From: a virus
DNA length: 40,897 nt
IMG/VR virus record: IMGVR_UViG_3300030519_000008
Reading direction: 5' to 3' (one strand)
The position numbers and the translations under genes are program-made. The notes beneath the pieces are model-generated. The model did no database searches and had not been told where the DNA came from. It saw only the letters and a program-made list of their open reading frames with translations. The stretch's first letter is position 1, and each line of letters starts with the position of its first letter. Shown here in pieces: positions 6,892 to 14,522 of the stretch.

Positions 6892-7476
6892 GTGACCACC
6901 GATCGAATCATCACCCCCGAGTTCCGCGCCTGCTTCGTCTCGCTGTTCAAGGCCACAGGCTTCAAGAATGCCGATGGCACGGAAGGCAAGCGCACCTACT
7001 CCATCAAGGCCGCGTTCCCCCCGACCGCGGATCTCTCCCAGCTGATCGCCCAGGCCAAGCAGGCGGCTGTGGACAAGTGGGGCAACAACATCCCCAAGAC
7101 CCTGCGCAGCCCGTTCCGCAAGAAGGAGGAGACCGACAACCCGGTCCAGGGCATCGGCGACGACTGGACGATCATGACCTTCAGCGCCAACGAGGACAAG
7201 TTCAGCCCCCGGCACAACCTGGTGGACGCGAGCAACAACGGCATCATGGACGAGGTCGAGGTCTACTCGGGCGCCTGGTTCGCCGCCCAGGTCCAGGCCT
7301 ACGCTTACGACACCGCCGGCAACAAGGGCGTCTCCTTCGGCCTGCGCAACGTGCAGAAGCGCCGGGAGGATGAACTCATCGGTGGCGGCAGCGGCCCCGC
7401 CAACAAGGCATTCGAAGCCGTCGCGGCGGCCGGGCCCCAGGGCGCGCCGAAGAACGCGGCCAATATTTTTGGCTGA
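6892..7476 (+). CDS. DUF2815-type phage ssDNA-binding protein
   Basis: ITPEFRACFVSLFKA..., GAWFAAQVQAYAYDTAGNKGVSFGLRNVQK and a Gly-rich acidic tail match my memory of DUF2815 SSB-like proteins. Position between nuclease and polymerase fits. Confidence 0.7.
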   Translation: MTTDRIITPEFRACFVSLFKATGFKNADGTEGKRTYSIKAAFPPTADLSQLIAQAKQAAVDKWGNNIPKTLRSPFRKKEETDNPVQGIGDDWTIMTFSANEDKFSPRHNLVDASNNGIMDEVEVYSGAWFAAQVQAYAYDTAGNKGVSFGLRNVQKRREDELIGGGSGPANKAFEAVAAAGPQGAPKNAANIFG

Positions 7477-7479
7477 GAT

Positions 7480-7496
7480 GTTGCTAGTTTCGTAAC
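7480..7496 (+). promoter_or_regulatory. Operator-like 17-mer GTTGCTAGTTTCGTAAC
   Basis: One mismatch to GTTGCG-N5-CGTAAC. Lies 4 nt after the SSB stop, at the head of a 235-bp non-coding stretch. No convincing -10 follows. Confidence 0.5.
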
Positions 7497-7499
7497 ACG

Positions 7500-7693
7500 T
7501 TGACGTCATCGGCCCGAAAGGGCCTTTGCCGCCCGACCGAACAAGCAGTCCGATCTGCCGTTCGTAAACCGGCATCAGGAGCGCGCCTACGGCAAGCGTC
7601 TGCGCAGCGAAGCAACGAAACTGCGCCTGGAATACCAGGAAAACCTCAAGTAGAAACCCCCACACAAAGCCAATCGCCCCGAAAGGGGCTTTT
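7500..7693 (+). ncRNA. Candidate structured RNA or leader, bounded by two near-identical GAAA-loop hairpins
   Basis: GGCCC-GAAA-GGGCC (7511-7524) and GCCCC-GAAA-GGGGC+TTTT (7676-7693). Further stems TGCCG/CGGCA and GCGCAG/CTGCGC lie between them. The track ORF 7500..7700 has low GC3 and a TTG start. Confidence 0.3.
7676..7693 (+). terminator. Rho-independent terminator-like hairpin
   Basis: GCCCC GAAA GGGGC followed by TTTT. Lies 19 nt upstream of the next gene's start codon. Confidence 0.5.
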
Positions 7694-7711
7694 GGCCTGA
7701 AGGAGCCTCAC

Positions 7712-7930
7712 ATGATCAAGCGTGCAGCCATCCGCGACCGAGTCTACGAAGAGCAGCGGGACCAGCTCATCCCGATTGCCGAATCCTACGCCAACCAGGT
7801 GGTGAAGTGCCGGGCCGGCGTAGGCGCCATTGAGAAGTTCCGCGAGGAGTGGACCCGGTGCTTCTGCGACCAGATGAAGAAGCTGGCGATGGCTCTGGGG
7901 ATCGCGGTTGAAGTTGAGATGGGGAGCTGA
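7712..7930 (+). CDS. Hypothetical protein, 72 aa
   Basis: AAGGAG upstream of ATG 7712. High GC3. Confidence 0.6.
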   Translation: MIKRAAIRDRVYEEQRDQLIPIAESYANQVVKCRAGVGAIEKFREEWTRCFCDQMKKLAMALGIAVEVEMGS

Positions 7931-7932
7931 AG

Positions 7933-9948
7933 GTGTCGATCGCGCACCTTGACTTGGAAACTCGCTCATCCTGCGACCTGAAGGCATGTGGTCTGGACGT
8001 CTACTCGAAAGACCCGACGACGGACGTTCACTGCGCGGCCTACGCCTTCGACGACGAGCCAGTCCAGATCTGGACCGCCGCCCAACCGTGCCCTGAACGG
8101 CTGCGCCAGCATATCGAAGCCGGCGGTTTGGTGTACGCCCACAACGCAGCCTTCGAGATAGCCCTGACCAACGAGGTGCTCGCCAAACGGCACGACTGGC
8201 CCACCCTGAAGCCCGAGCAATGCCGTTGCACAATGTGCATGGCCTACGCGATGGCACTGCCCGGCAGCCTGGAGAACGCCGCGCCAGCGGTGGGGCTCAC
8301 CGAGCGCAAGGACGGGCTGGGCAAGCGCGTCATGCTGAAGTTGTGCAAGCCGAACGTCAACGACGAGTTCTGGACCCCGGAGACGGCGCCCGAAGATTTT
8401 CGCAAATTATACGCTTATTGCAAAACCGACGTGGAGGTGGAACGTGCGCTTCACCACAGGCTCATGGAGTTGTCCGAGCAGGAGCAGGCGGTCTGGACCC
8501 TCGACCACAAGATCAACCAGAACGGCATTCTGGTGGACCTGGTGGCAATCGATAAGGCGCTTGCCCTGGTGGCCCAGGAGAAGACCCGTCTCGACGGCGA
8601 GATCCTGAAGGTCACGGGTGGCGTTGTCGGCAGCTGCACCGAGGTCCAGCTGCTGGTGAAGTGGATCAAGTCTCAGGGCGTCAAGATCACTGGACTGGCC
8701 AAGGCCGACGTGCTGGATGCGCTGGGTGGCGACGATCTGCCACCCCAGGTGCGGAACGCCCTGGAGCTGCGCAAGGAAGCGGCGAAGAGCAGCACGGCGA
8801 AGCTGGTGGCCATGCGCGACCGGGCCGCCGGCGATGGCCGGGTCCGCGGCATCCATCAGTACCACGGCGCCAGCACCGGCCGGTGGGCGGGCCGCGGTGT
8901 ACAGACCCAGAATTTGCCTCGCTGCCGCCCCGGGATCAAGCCCCAGGACGTCGAAGACATCATCGCCCACCTGGACAGCCGCGACTACGTCGACACGTTC
9001 TACGGGCCCACCCTGGACGCGCTGAGTGATTCGCTGCGTGGGATGATCATCGCCCCGCCCAGCAAAGATCTGGTCGCGGTTGACTTCTCCAACGTCGAAG
9101 GGCGCGTCCTGGCGTGGCTGGCCGGCGAGAACTGGAAGCTGGAGGCGTTCAAGAAATTTGACCGTGGCGTGGGCCCTGACATCTACAAGCTGGCCTACAG
9201 CCGGTCCTTCGGCATCCCGGTCAACGAAGTCACCAAGGAGCAGCGCCAGATCGGCAAGGTCATGGAGCTGGCCCTGGGCTACGGCGGCGGCGTCGGCGCC
9301 TTCCAGTCCATGGCCAAGAACTACAACGTCCACTTCACCGATGAGCAGGCCGACCAGATCAAGGTGGCCTGGCGCAAGGCCCATCCGCGCATCGTTGCTT
9401 ACTGGTCCGAGCTGGAGGCTGCACTCTACACACTGACGTCCGGCCGGCCCATGACTGTGGGTCTGGGCTACGGGCCCGGGCGTAGCGTGACCTTCAAGAA
9501 GGCAGGGAGCTTTCTCTGGTGCCAGCTTCCCAGCAAGCGGGTGCTGTGCTACCCCTACCCCGAGATCCGCGAAGTCACCACCCCCTGGGGTGAGGACAAG
9601 GATGCGCTCACCTACATGACCGTGGTGTCGAACGTCAAGGCGAAGATCCTGGCGGACCCGTCGGCTTCGGGGACGTGGAAGCGCATCAGCACTTACGGAG
9701 GAAGCCTTGCTGAGAACGTGACTCAGGCCGTGGCCCGGGACATTCTTGCGGAAGCGATGTTGCGATTAGACCAACAAGGCGCTAAAATCGTGGCCCACGT
9801 TCATGACGAGGCGGTCATCGAGATCGCGCATGACGCCCCCGAGGATGCATTGAAACGGATCGAAGCGATCTTCGCTGAGGCGCCAAGTTGGGCGGTGGGT
9901 CTACCCCTGGCCGCTGCTGGGTTCCGCGCCAAACGCTATCAAAAATAG
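7933..9948 (+). CDS. Family A DNA polymerase with 3'-5' proofreading exonuclease
   Basis: GTG start. Exo I HLDLETRS, Exo II VYAHNAAFE, Exo III YCKTDVEVE. Pol motif A DFSNVEGRVLAWL, motif B RQIGKVMELALGYGGG, motif C AHVHDEAVIE. Confidence 0.95.
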   Translation: MSIAHLDLETRSSCDLKACGLDVYSKDPTTDVHCAAYAFDDEPVQIWTAAQPCPERLRQHIEAGGLVYAHNAAFEIALTNEVLAKRHDWPTLKPEQCRCTMCMAYAMALPGSLENAAPAVGLTERKDGLGKRVMLKLCKPNVNDEFWTPETAPEDFRKLYAYCKTDVEVERALHHRLMELSEQEQAVWTLDHKINQNGILVDLVAIDKALALVAQEKTRLDGEILKVTGGVVGSCTEVQLLVKWIKSQGVKITGLAKADVLDALGGDDLPPQVRNALELRKEAAKSSTAKLVAMRDRAAGDGRVRGIHQYHGASTGRWAGRGVQTQNLPRCRPGIKPQDVEDIIAHLDSRDYVDTFYGPTLDALSDSLRGMIIAPPSKDLVAVDFSNVEGRVLAWLAGENWKLEAFKKFDRGVGPDIYKLAYSRSFGIPVNEVTKEQRQIGKVMELALGYGGGVGAFQSMAKNYNVHFTDEQADQIKVAWRKAHPRIVAYWSELEAALYTLTSGRPMTVGLGYGPGRSVTFKKAGSFLWCQLPSKRVLCYPYPEIREVTTPWGEDKDALTYMTVVSNVKAKILADPSASGTWKRISTYGGSLAENVTQAVARDILAEAMLRLDQQGAKIVAHVHDEAVIEIAHDAPEDALKRIEAIFAEAPSWAVGLPLAAAGFRAKRYQK

Positions 9949-9959
9949 AAGGCTGCCAA

Positions 9960-12125
9960 ATGACGATCCTCAATCAAGCTCTGGCCCTGGCGTCCCGCGG
10001 CTTCCACGTCTTCCCGCTCAAGAACAACGGCAAGCTCCCGGCGCACAAAGGCTGGCAGGATTCTGCCACCCGCGACCCCAAGCAGATCACCAAGTGGTTC
10101 TCCAACCAGAAGTTCAACATCGGAATTTCAACCAGCAAGTTCGGCGAGGACCAGGCCTTGTGCGTGGTCGACGTCGATGACAAGGGGGTCAAACATGGAA
10201 GCGAAACCCTGCTCGGACTCGAACTCGACGGCATCGAGTTTCCGGTTACCTGTGAGCACTCCACTCCCTCGGGCGGTAGGCATCTCATTTACGTGTGCGA
10301 TGCGCCGCTGCGCCAAGGCACGGACGTCCTCGGAAGCGGCCTCGACATCCGCTCACGCGGTGGCCTCATCGTCGGCCCTGGCTCCGAGATTGACGGCAAA
10401 GCCTACGCCCAGATCAATGGCCACTCCCAGCTCGCATCTGCGCCCGCCTGGCTGGTCACGCGCCTGGGTGTGGACGCTGGTGCTCGTCGCAGCGACAGCA
10501 CTCCTGTTGGCGGGGTCGATCCTCTACGCGCTGCTGAGCGCGCTATCGGCTACCTGAAGGATGCGGCGCCGGCGCTGGAAGGCCAGGGTGGCGACACCCA
10601 CACCTACAAGATCTTCCAGGCGCTGAAGGACATGGGCTGCACGCTGGACCAGGCGGTGCTGCTGGCCGATGAGCACTGGAACGAGCGCTGCTGCCCGCCC
10701 TGGTCTCTCGATGAGCTTTTGAAACTCGCTGACCACGCCTACAAATATGGCCGTGAGCAGCCCGGGTGCTCCGCGCCCGAAGCTATCTTCGAACCGGTCG
10801 AGCCGCCCAAAGACCCAGGTGCCAAGCTCCATCCCTTCGCCGAGATCAACCGGGAGTATGCGCTCATCAAGCAGGGCTGCTTCATCCTCCAGGAGACCAC
10901 CGACGAGGAGGGCAACCGCATCATAGAGCGCTTGCCCATCAGCGATTTCCATAACTGGTTCGCTAACAAGCCTTGGGCCACTGGCAAAGAGAAGCCGAGG
11001 CCCATCAGCCAGCACTGGATGGAGTGGTCTGGACGCCGGCAGTATGACGCCGTGACTTTCATGCCCGGGAAGGACATGGGGCCCCGCTGGTACAATTTAT
11101 GGCAGGGGTTCAGCGTCGAGCCGGCCAAGGGTAAGGCCGACCATCCGTCCCTTGACCTGTTCCTGGAGCATGCGTTGAAGAACGTGTGCGGCAACGACCC
11201 CAAGCTTTTCCACTGGCTCATGGGGTTCTTCGCCCACATGATCCAGCGCCCCTGGGAGAAGCCCCTAGTGGCCCTGGTGTTCAAGGGCAAGAAGGGCACC
11301 GGAAAGAATGCGCTGGTGGAACGGGTGGGCCATCTCATCGGTGTCCACTTCCTTGTCGCCACCAGCGAGCGCTACCTGGTGGGGAACTTCAACAGCCACC
11401 TGGAACACAATCTGTGCCTGGTGCTGAACGAAGCCACCTGGGCCGGCGACAAGAAGACTGAAGGCATCCTCAAAGGCCTGGTCACTGAGAACAAGATGCT
11501 GATCGAGCACAAGGGCAAAGAGGCCCGCAACAAGCAGAACGTGTCTCGCATCATGCTCCTGGGCAACGAGGACTGGGTGGTTCCGGCCAGCCAGGAAGAG
11601 CGCAGGTTCGCCGTGTTCAATGTGGGCGAAGAGCGCATGCAGGACAAGCCGTTCTTCATCGCCATGCGTGAGGGCATGGAGCAGGGCGGCTACTCCCACC
11701 TCCTGCGCTACCTGCTGGACTTCGACCTCTCCACCGTCGACATCAACGACGCGCCGAAGACCCAGGGCCTGGTGGAGCAGAAGCACGCCAGCCTGGAGAT
11801 CGTCGAAGAGTGGTGGCTGAACTGCCTGATGTCGGGCGAAATGCTGGGGTCGGACTTCGGTGGTGAGTGGCCAGACAGCGCCAACACCAATCGTCTGCGC
11901 GATGCGTGCCAGCGGTGGGCCGGCAAGCGCAACGTGAAGGGCAGGATGCCCAGCGACATCGCCTTCGGCAAGACCCTGCGCCGTGTGGCGCCTTCGTTCA
12001 AGAGCAAGAAGGCCAGGCCAGACAAGCCTGGCGACACCAGCTACGCGTTCTTCAGCCCTGGGCTGGAACGGCTGCGGGCTGACTGGGTGAAGTTCATCGG
12101 AGGAGAGGTAGAATGGCCAGAATGA
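9960..12125 (+). CDS. Bifunctional primase-polymerase (PrimPol-like) fused to a D5/VirE-type P-loop helicase
   Basis: ORF 9888..12125 trimmed to ATG 9960. N-terminal FHVFPLKNNGKLPAHKGWQ, VVDVDDK, GGRHLIY, IRSRGGLIVGPGS. C-terminal Walker A FKGKKGTGKN and Walker B-like CLVLNEA. Confidence 0.85.
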   Translation: MTILNQALALASRGFHVFPLKNNGKLPAHKGWQDSATRDPKQITKWFSNQKFNIGISTSKFGEDQALCVVDVDDKGVKHGSETLLGLELDGIEFPVTCEHSTPSGGRHLIYVCDAPLRQGTDVLGSGLDIRSRGGLIVGPGSEIDGKAYAQINGHSQLASAPAWLVTRLGVDAGARRSDSTPVGGVDPLRAAERAIGYLKDAAPALEGQGGDTHTYKIFQALKDMGCTLDQAVLLADEHWNERCCPPWSLDELLKLADHAYKYGREQPGCSAPEAIFEPVEPPKDPGAKLHPFAEINREYALIKQGCFILQETTDEEGNRIIERLPISDFHNWFANKPWATGKEKPRPISQHWMEWSGRRQYDAVTFMPGKDMGPRWYNLWQGFSVEPAKGKADHPSLDLFLEHALKNVCGNDPKLFHWLMGFFAHMIQRPWEKPLVALVFKGKKGTGKNALVERVGHLIGVHFLVATSERYLVGNFNSHLEHNLCLVLNEATWAGDKKTEGILKGLVTENKMLIEHKGKEARNKQNVSRIMLLGNEDWVVPASQEERRFAVFNVGEERMQDKPFFIAMREGMEQGGYSHLLRYLLDFDLSTVDINDAPKTQGLVEQKHASLEIVEEWWLNCLMSGEMLGSDFGGEWPDSANTNRLRDACQRWAGKRNVKGRMPSDIAFGKTLRRVAPSFKSKKARPDKPGDTSYAFFSPGLERLRADWVKFIGGEVEWPE

Positions 12126-12589
12126 ATGACATGAAGGTAGCCGCGCTGTGCGCCGCCTGCGGCTGGACGACGGTGGGTGACGCCTACCCCATCGTGTGTG
12201 CCCATTGCCAGCAAGTGGTCCACGGGCCTGGGACGTATAAGTTGGTCGACCCCAAATCGGCCGAAGCGGATCCTCTCGGCATCGCTCCCCACGAACCCGG
12301 GGCCAAGCTGGACGCGGGTAAGATCCGCCCGTGGCTGTGCGTCTCGGGATTCTCCCGCGCGCTGGCGAAGGTGGCCGACGTCACGACCAAGGGCGCCGCC
12401 AAGTATTCCCCAAACGGATGGATGGAAGTGCCTGATGGGCAGGCCCGGTACATGGATGCCTTCGGCCGCCACATGCTGGCCCTGGGCCAAGGCGAGACGA
12501 CTGACCCCGACACGGGCTGCCTGCACAAGGCGCAGATGATCTGGAACCTGCTGGCCAGTCTAGAACTGGATCTGAGGCAGGAGCCGTGA
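12113..12589 (+). CDS. Zinc-ribbon plus DUF5664-like (dATP/dGTP diphosphohydrolase N-terminal-type) domain protein
   Basis: AGGAGAGG (12101-12108) before ATG 12113. N-terminal CAACGW...CAHC. C-terminal KLDAGKIRPW...GAAKYSPNGW...DAFGRHMLALGQGETTDPDTGCLHKAQMIWNLLASLEL fits my recollection of the DUF5664 consensus. Confidence 0.65.
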   Translation: MARMNDMKVAALCAACGWTTVGDAYPIVCAHCQQVVHGPGTYKLVDPKSAEADPLGIAPHEPGAKLDAGKIRPWLCVSGFSRALAKVADVTTKGAAKYSPNGWMEVPDGQARYMDAFGRHMLALGQGETTDPDTGCLHKAQMIWNLLASLELDLRQEP

Positions 12590-12819
12590 CCGTCTCGCTC
12601 AAGACGAAGAACCACTACGCCAGGCGCAAGTTCATCAAGGACCACCAGCCGGACCCGATGACCCTGCGCGATTGCCCGCAGCACAAGCTTGCCCACCCCA
12701 CCGAGGCCCAGGCGAAGCAGCGCGCCGCCCTTGCGTTCAAGGCTGACGGCAAGAAGCTCTACCCCTACAAGTGCCCGCACTGCCGGAAGTGGCACCTCAC
12801 TTCGATGGAGCAGGGATAA
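12586..12819 (+). CDS. Small zinc-finger-like protein, 77 aa
   Basis: GTGA overlap with the upstream stop. DCPQH...YPYKCPHCRKWHLTS gives a C-x2-H ... C-x2-C arrangement. Last gene of the rightward arm. Confidence 0.6.
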   Translation: MTVSLKTKNHYARRKFIKDHQPDPMTLRDCPQHKLAHPTEAQAKQRAALAFKADGKKLYPYKCPHCRKWHLTSMEQG

Positions 12820-12821
12820 AT

Positions 12822-12848
12822 AAAAGCCCCGGATGATCCGGGGCTTTT
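12822..12848. terminator. Bidirectional rho-independent terminator between the convergent early (+) and late (-) arms
   Basis: AAAAGCCCCGGAT-G-ATCCGGGGCTTTT: a perfect 13-bp stem with an A-run and a T-run. Lies between stop 12819 (+) and stop 12866 (-). Confidence 0.85.
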
Positions 12849-12865
12849 CGTTTGCGCGGTCCTCG

Positions 12866-13474
12866 CTACCAGCTCATCCCGACCACTACGAAGGCGCTGA
12901 ACTTTGGCAAAGGGCTGTAGGTGCCCACAACGCCAACCTGGAAAGGTCCGAGCTTGTGCAGATAGCCTGCGAGGTAGGCCTTGTTGACCAGGTCGTAGCC
13001 GCCGATGGCCGTTGACTTCGGCTCGCGCGGCGCGGATGACACTGGTATGTCCACGCCTCCCACGATGGCCCCGTCAGGGCTGCTTGCCACCACACGCTGG
13101 GTATCATCCGGCATCCTCAAGAGGGTCAGATCCACTGTCGTTGTAGACGGGAGGGCCGGGGTCAGCGCGGCGCCCGGCTGGCCGGACCCATTCGTTGGGG
13201 CGGTCGCCGCGGCGGGTGCAGATGATGCCCGAACCTGGATCCTTTCGATCCGCTCGACCTTGGCGCCCTTCGGGATCTGCTGGGCGGGAACCGCCTTGGC
13301 GTCCGGCGCGCGCTCCAGGATCAAGCTGCCGTCCGCCTGGCGCGCTGCCGCTGCCGGTGTCTCCACCGTCGCCACGGGTTTCGGGCGAAAGATCTTCCAG
13401 CCCAGCCCGATGCCTGCCACGAAGATCAGCCCTGCGGCCAGAGCCCATGCTCCTATTTTTGTGGTCCATGTCAC
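12866..13474 (-). CDS. N-terminally membrane-anchored protein with a Pro/Ala linker and a beta-rich, aromatic-terminated C-terminus (possible atypical spanin or envelope-disruption factor)
   Basis: GTG start overlaps the holin stop (GTGA). TM segment IGAWALAAGLIFVAGIGLGWKIF. Linker PKPVATVETPAAAARQ...APAAATAP. C-terminal ...GGYDLVNKAYLAGYLHKLGPFQVGVVGTYSPLPKFSAFVVVGMSW. Last gene of the late arm. Confidence 0.6.
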   Translation of the reverse strand: MTWTTKIGAWALAAGLIFVAGIGLGWKIFRPKPVATVETPAAAARQADGSLILERAPDAKAVPAQQIPKGAKVERIERIQVRASSAPAAATAPTNGSGQPGAALTPALPSTTTVDLTLLRMPDDTQRVVASSPDGAIVGGVDIPVSSAPREPKSTAIGGYDLVNKAYLAGYLHKLGPFQVGVVGTYSPLPKFSAFVVVGMSW

Positions 13475-13707
13475 TGGCCACCTCTCATGGAAAGGGCGCC
13501 GAGACCGCAGACGCCACCCATGGTCGCCAGCGCCGTGTTGTTGATGTGCCCGGTCCCCCGGAACTCAAGCCAGATCATCGCCAGGCCGACGAAGACGTAG
13601 GCGCCGAAGGCCAGGAGTCTGACCTCGGTGGTGTGGTCGGAAGGATTGCCTAGGCTGACTGCCCAGGATCCGGCCGCGGTGATTCGCTGAAGAAGCCAAG
13701 CCCACAT
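13471..13707 (-). CDS. Holin-like small membrane protein, 78 aa with 2-3 hydrophobic segments
   Basis: GGAG 6 nt upstream of ATG 13707. Hydrophobic segments VRLLAFGAYVFVGLAMIWLEF and ALATMGGVCGLGALSM. Adjacent to the putative lysin. Confidence 0.6.
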   Translation of the reverse strand: MWAWLLQRITAAGSWAVSLGNPSDHTTEVRLLAFGAYVFVGLAMIWLEFRGTGHINNTALATMGGVCGLGALSMRGGQ

Positions 13708-13767
13708 GGGGTCTCCGGAAGTGGGATATCGTAAACGTCTTCGTCGTACGGGTCGTCTAGATATGGG

Positions 13768-14202
13768 TCAGGCAAGGAGGAAATCGTCGGTGATCACGAT
13801 GCTGACGTCCTCCCCGGCGGCCAGCGCCTTGGCAACCTGGGCCTGCAGCATCGGCAGCGCGAGACTGCCCCCGTGGATGTGGTCGGGCCCGTCCACCACC
13901 TGGCCCACCAGGATGCAACCGTGGGTGTTGGTGTCGTCGTTGCCGCTGTGGATGAGGATGCCGTCGAAGTGTGGCACGTCCAGCAGCCGCATCATCGGGC
14001 GCCCCAGGCGCGGGCTCATGTTGATGATGACGGGGTAGGTGCCGGCCGGAATCGCGGTGGCGTCCTGGACTTTGCCCGAGCCGTCGTCCGCGATGCAGCG
14101 AACCACGTCCTCCAGGGTGACGCATTCGAAGTCTTCGTTGACGAACAGCCGGCCGAGCGTGGCCGTTTCGTTGCTGGACAGGCGGTGCAGGGAAAGGATC
14201 AC
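13768..14202 (-). CDS. Putative cell-wall hydrolase (DUF5675-like; His ... Gly-Cys motif reminiscent of the YkuD fold)
   Basis: GTG 14202 with GAGG 6 nt upstream. TLGRLFVNEDFECVTLED...IPAGTYPVIINMSPRLGRPM..LLDVPHFDGILIHSGNDDTNTHGCILVGQ matches my memory of DUF5675 phage proteins. Sits within the lysis cluster. Confidence 0.5.
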   Translation of the reverse strand: MILSLHRLSSNETATLGRLFVNEDFECVTLEDVVRCIADDGSGKVQDATAIPAGTYPVIINMSPRLGRPMMRLLDVPHFDGILIHSGNDDTNTHGCILVGQVVDGPDHIHGGSLALPMLQAQVAKALAAGEDVSIVITDDFLLA

Positions 14203-14210
14203 AGGCTACC

Positions 14211-14522
14211 TCAATGTCTTCCGGGGACGGGTTCTTCGGTCTGCGCGGTGCGAGGCTTGGCGACCAAGTAAAACTTCTGCCTGTCCTCGCGCAGATTGGT
14301 TTCGTAGCTGGTCTTGAGCGCGTCCTGCTCAAACTGCAGCCGGTCGATGCGCTGATTGGCCGAGCGGATCTCCACTCCATTGGCCGCCATGGTTTCGCAT
14401 AGGCGCTGGACGGTGGTGTTGAGCATTTCCAACTTGCCCCCGAACCAGACGATGATGAGCCCGACCGCCCCGATTAGGATGCGGTCGAGCCAGGAGCCGA
14501 GAGTGGCGCGGCGCTCGGTCAT
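14211..14522 (-). CDS. N-terminal TM plus coiled-coil protein (i-spanin-like topology)
   Basis: ORF 14211..14540 trimmed to ATG 14522, which overlaps the tailspike stop (ATGA). TM WLDRILIGAVGLIIVWFGG, followed by heptad-like QRLCETMAANGVEIRSANQRIDRLQFEQDALKTSYE. Confidence 0.6.
   Translation of the reverse strand: MTERRATLGSWLDRILIGAVGLIIVWFGGKLEMLNTTVQRLCETMAANGVEIRSANQRIDRLQFEQDALKTSYETNLREDRQKFYLVAKPRTAQTEEPVPGRH

Noticed and set aside
7500-7700. Track ORF of 66 aa in the SSB-polymerase gap, taken as a protein
   Set aside because: It has a TTG start without an SD, low third-position GC and a basic low-complexity sequence. It spans two terminator-like hairpins. I treat the region as candidate RNA instead.
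13757-14380. Embedded o-spanin in the +1 frame of the coiled-coil gene (MEWRSARPISASTGC..., followed by a Pro-rich sequence)
   Set aside because: There is no hydrophobic signal-peptide core before the Cys, and the lipobox is poor. The frame runs on for 207 aa into the lysin gene as basic filler. Other out-of-frame ATGs in 12866-14522 give no lipoprotein either.
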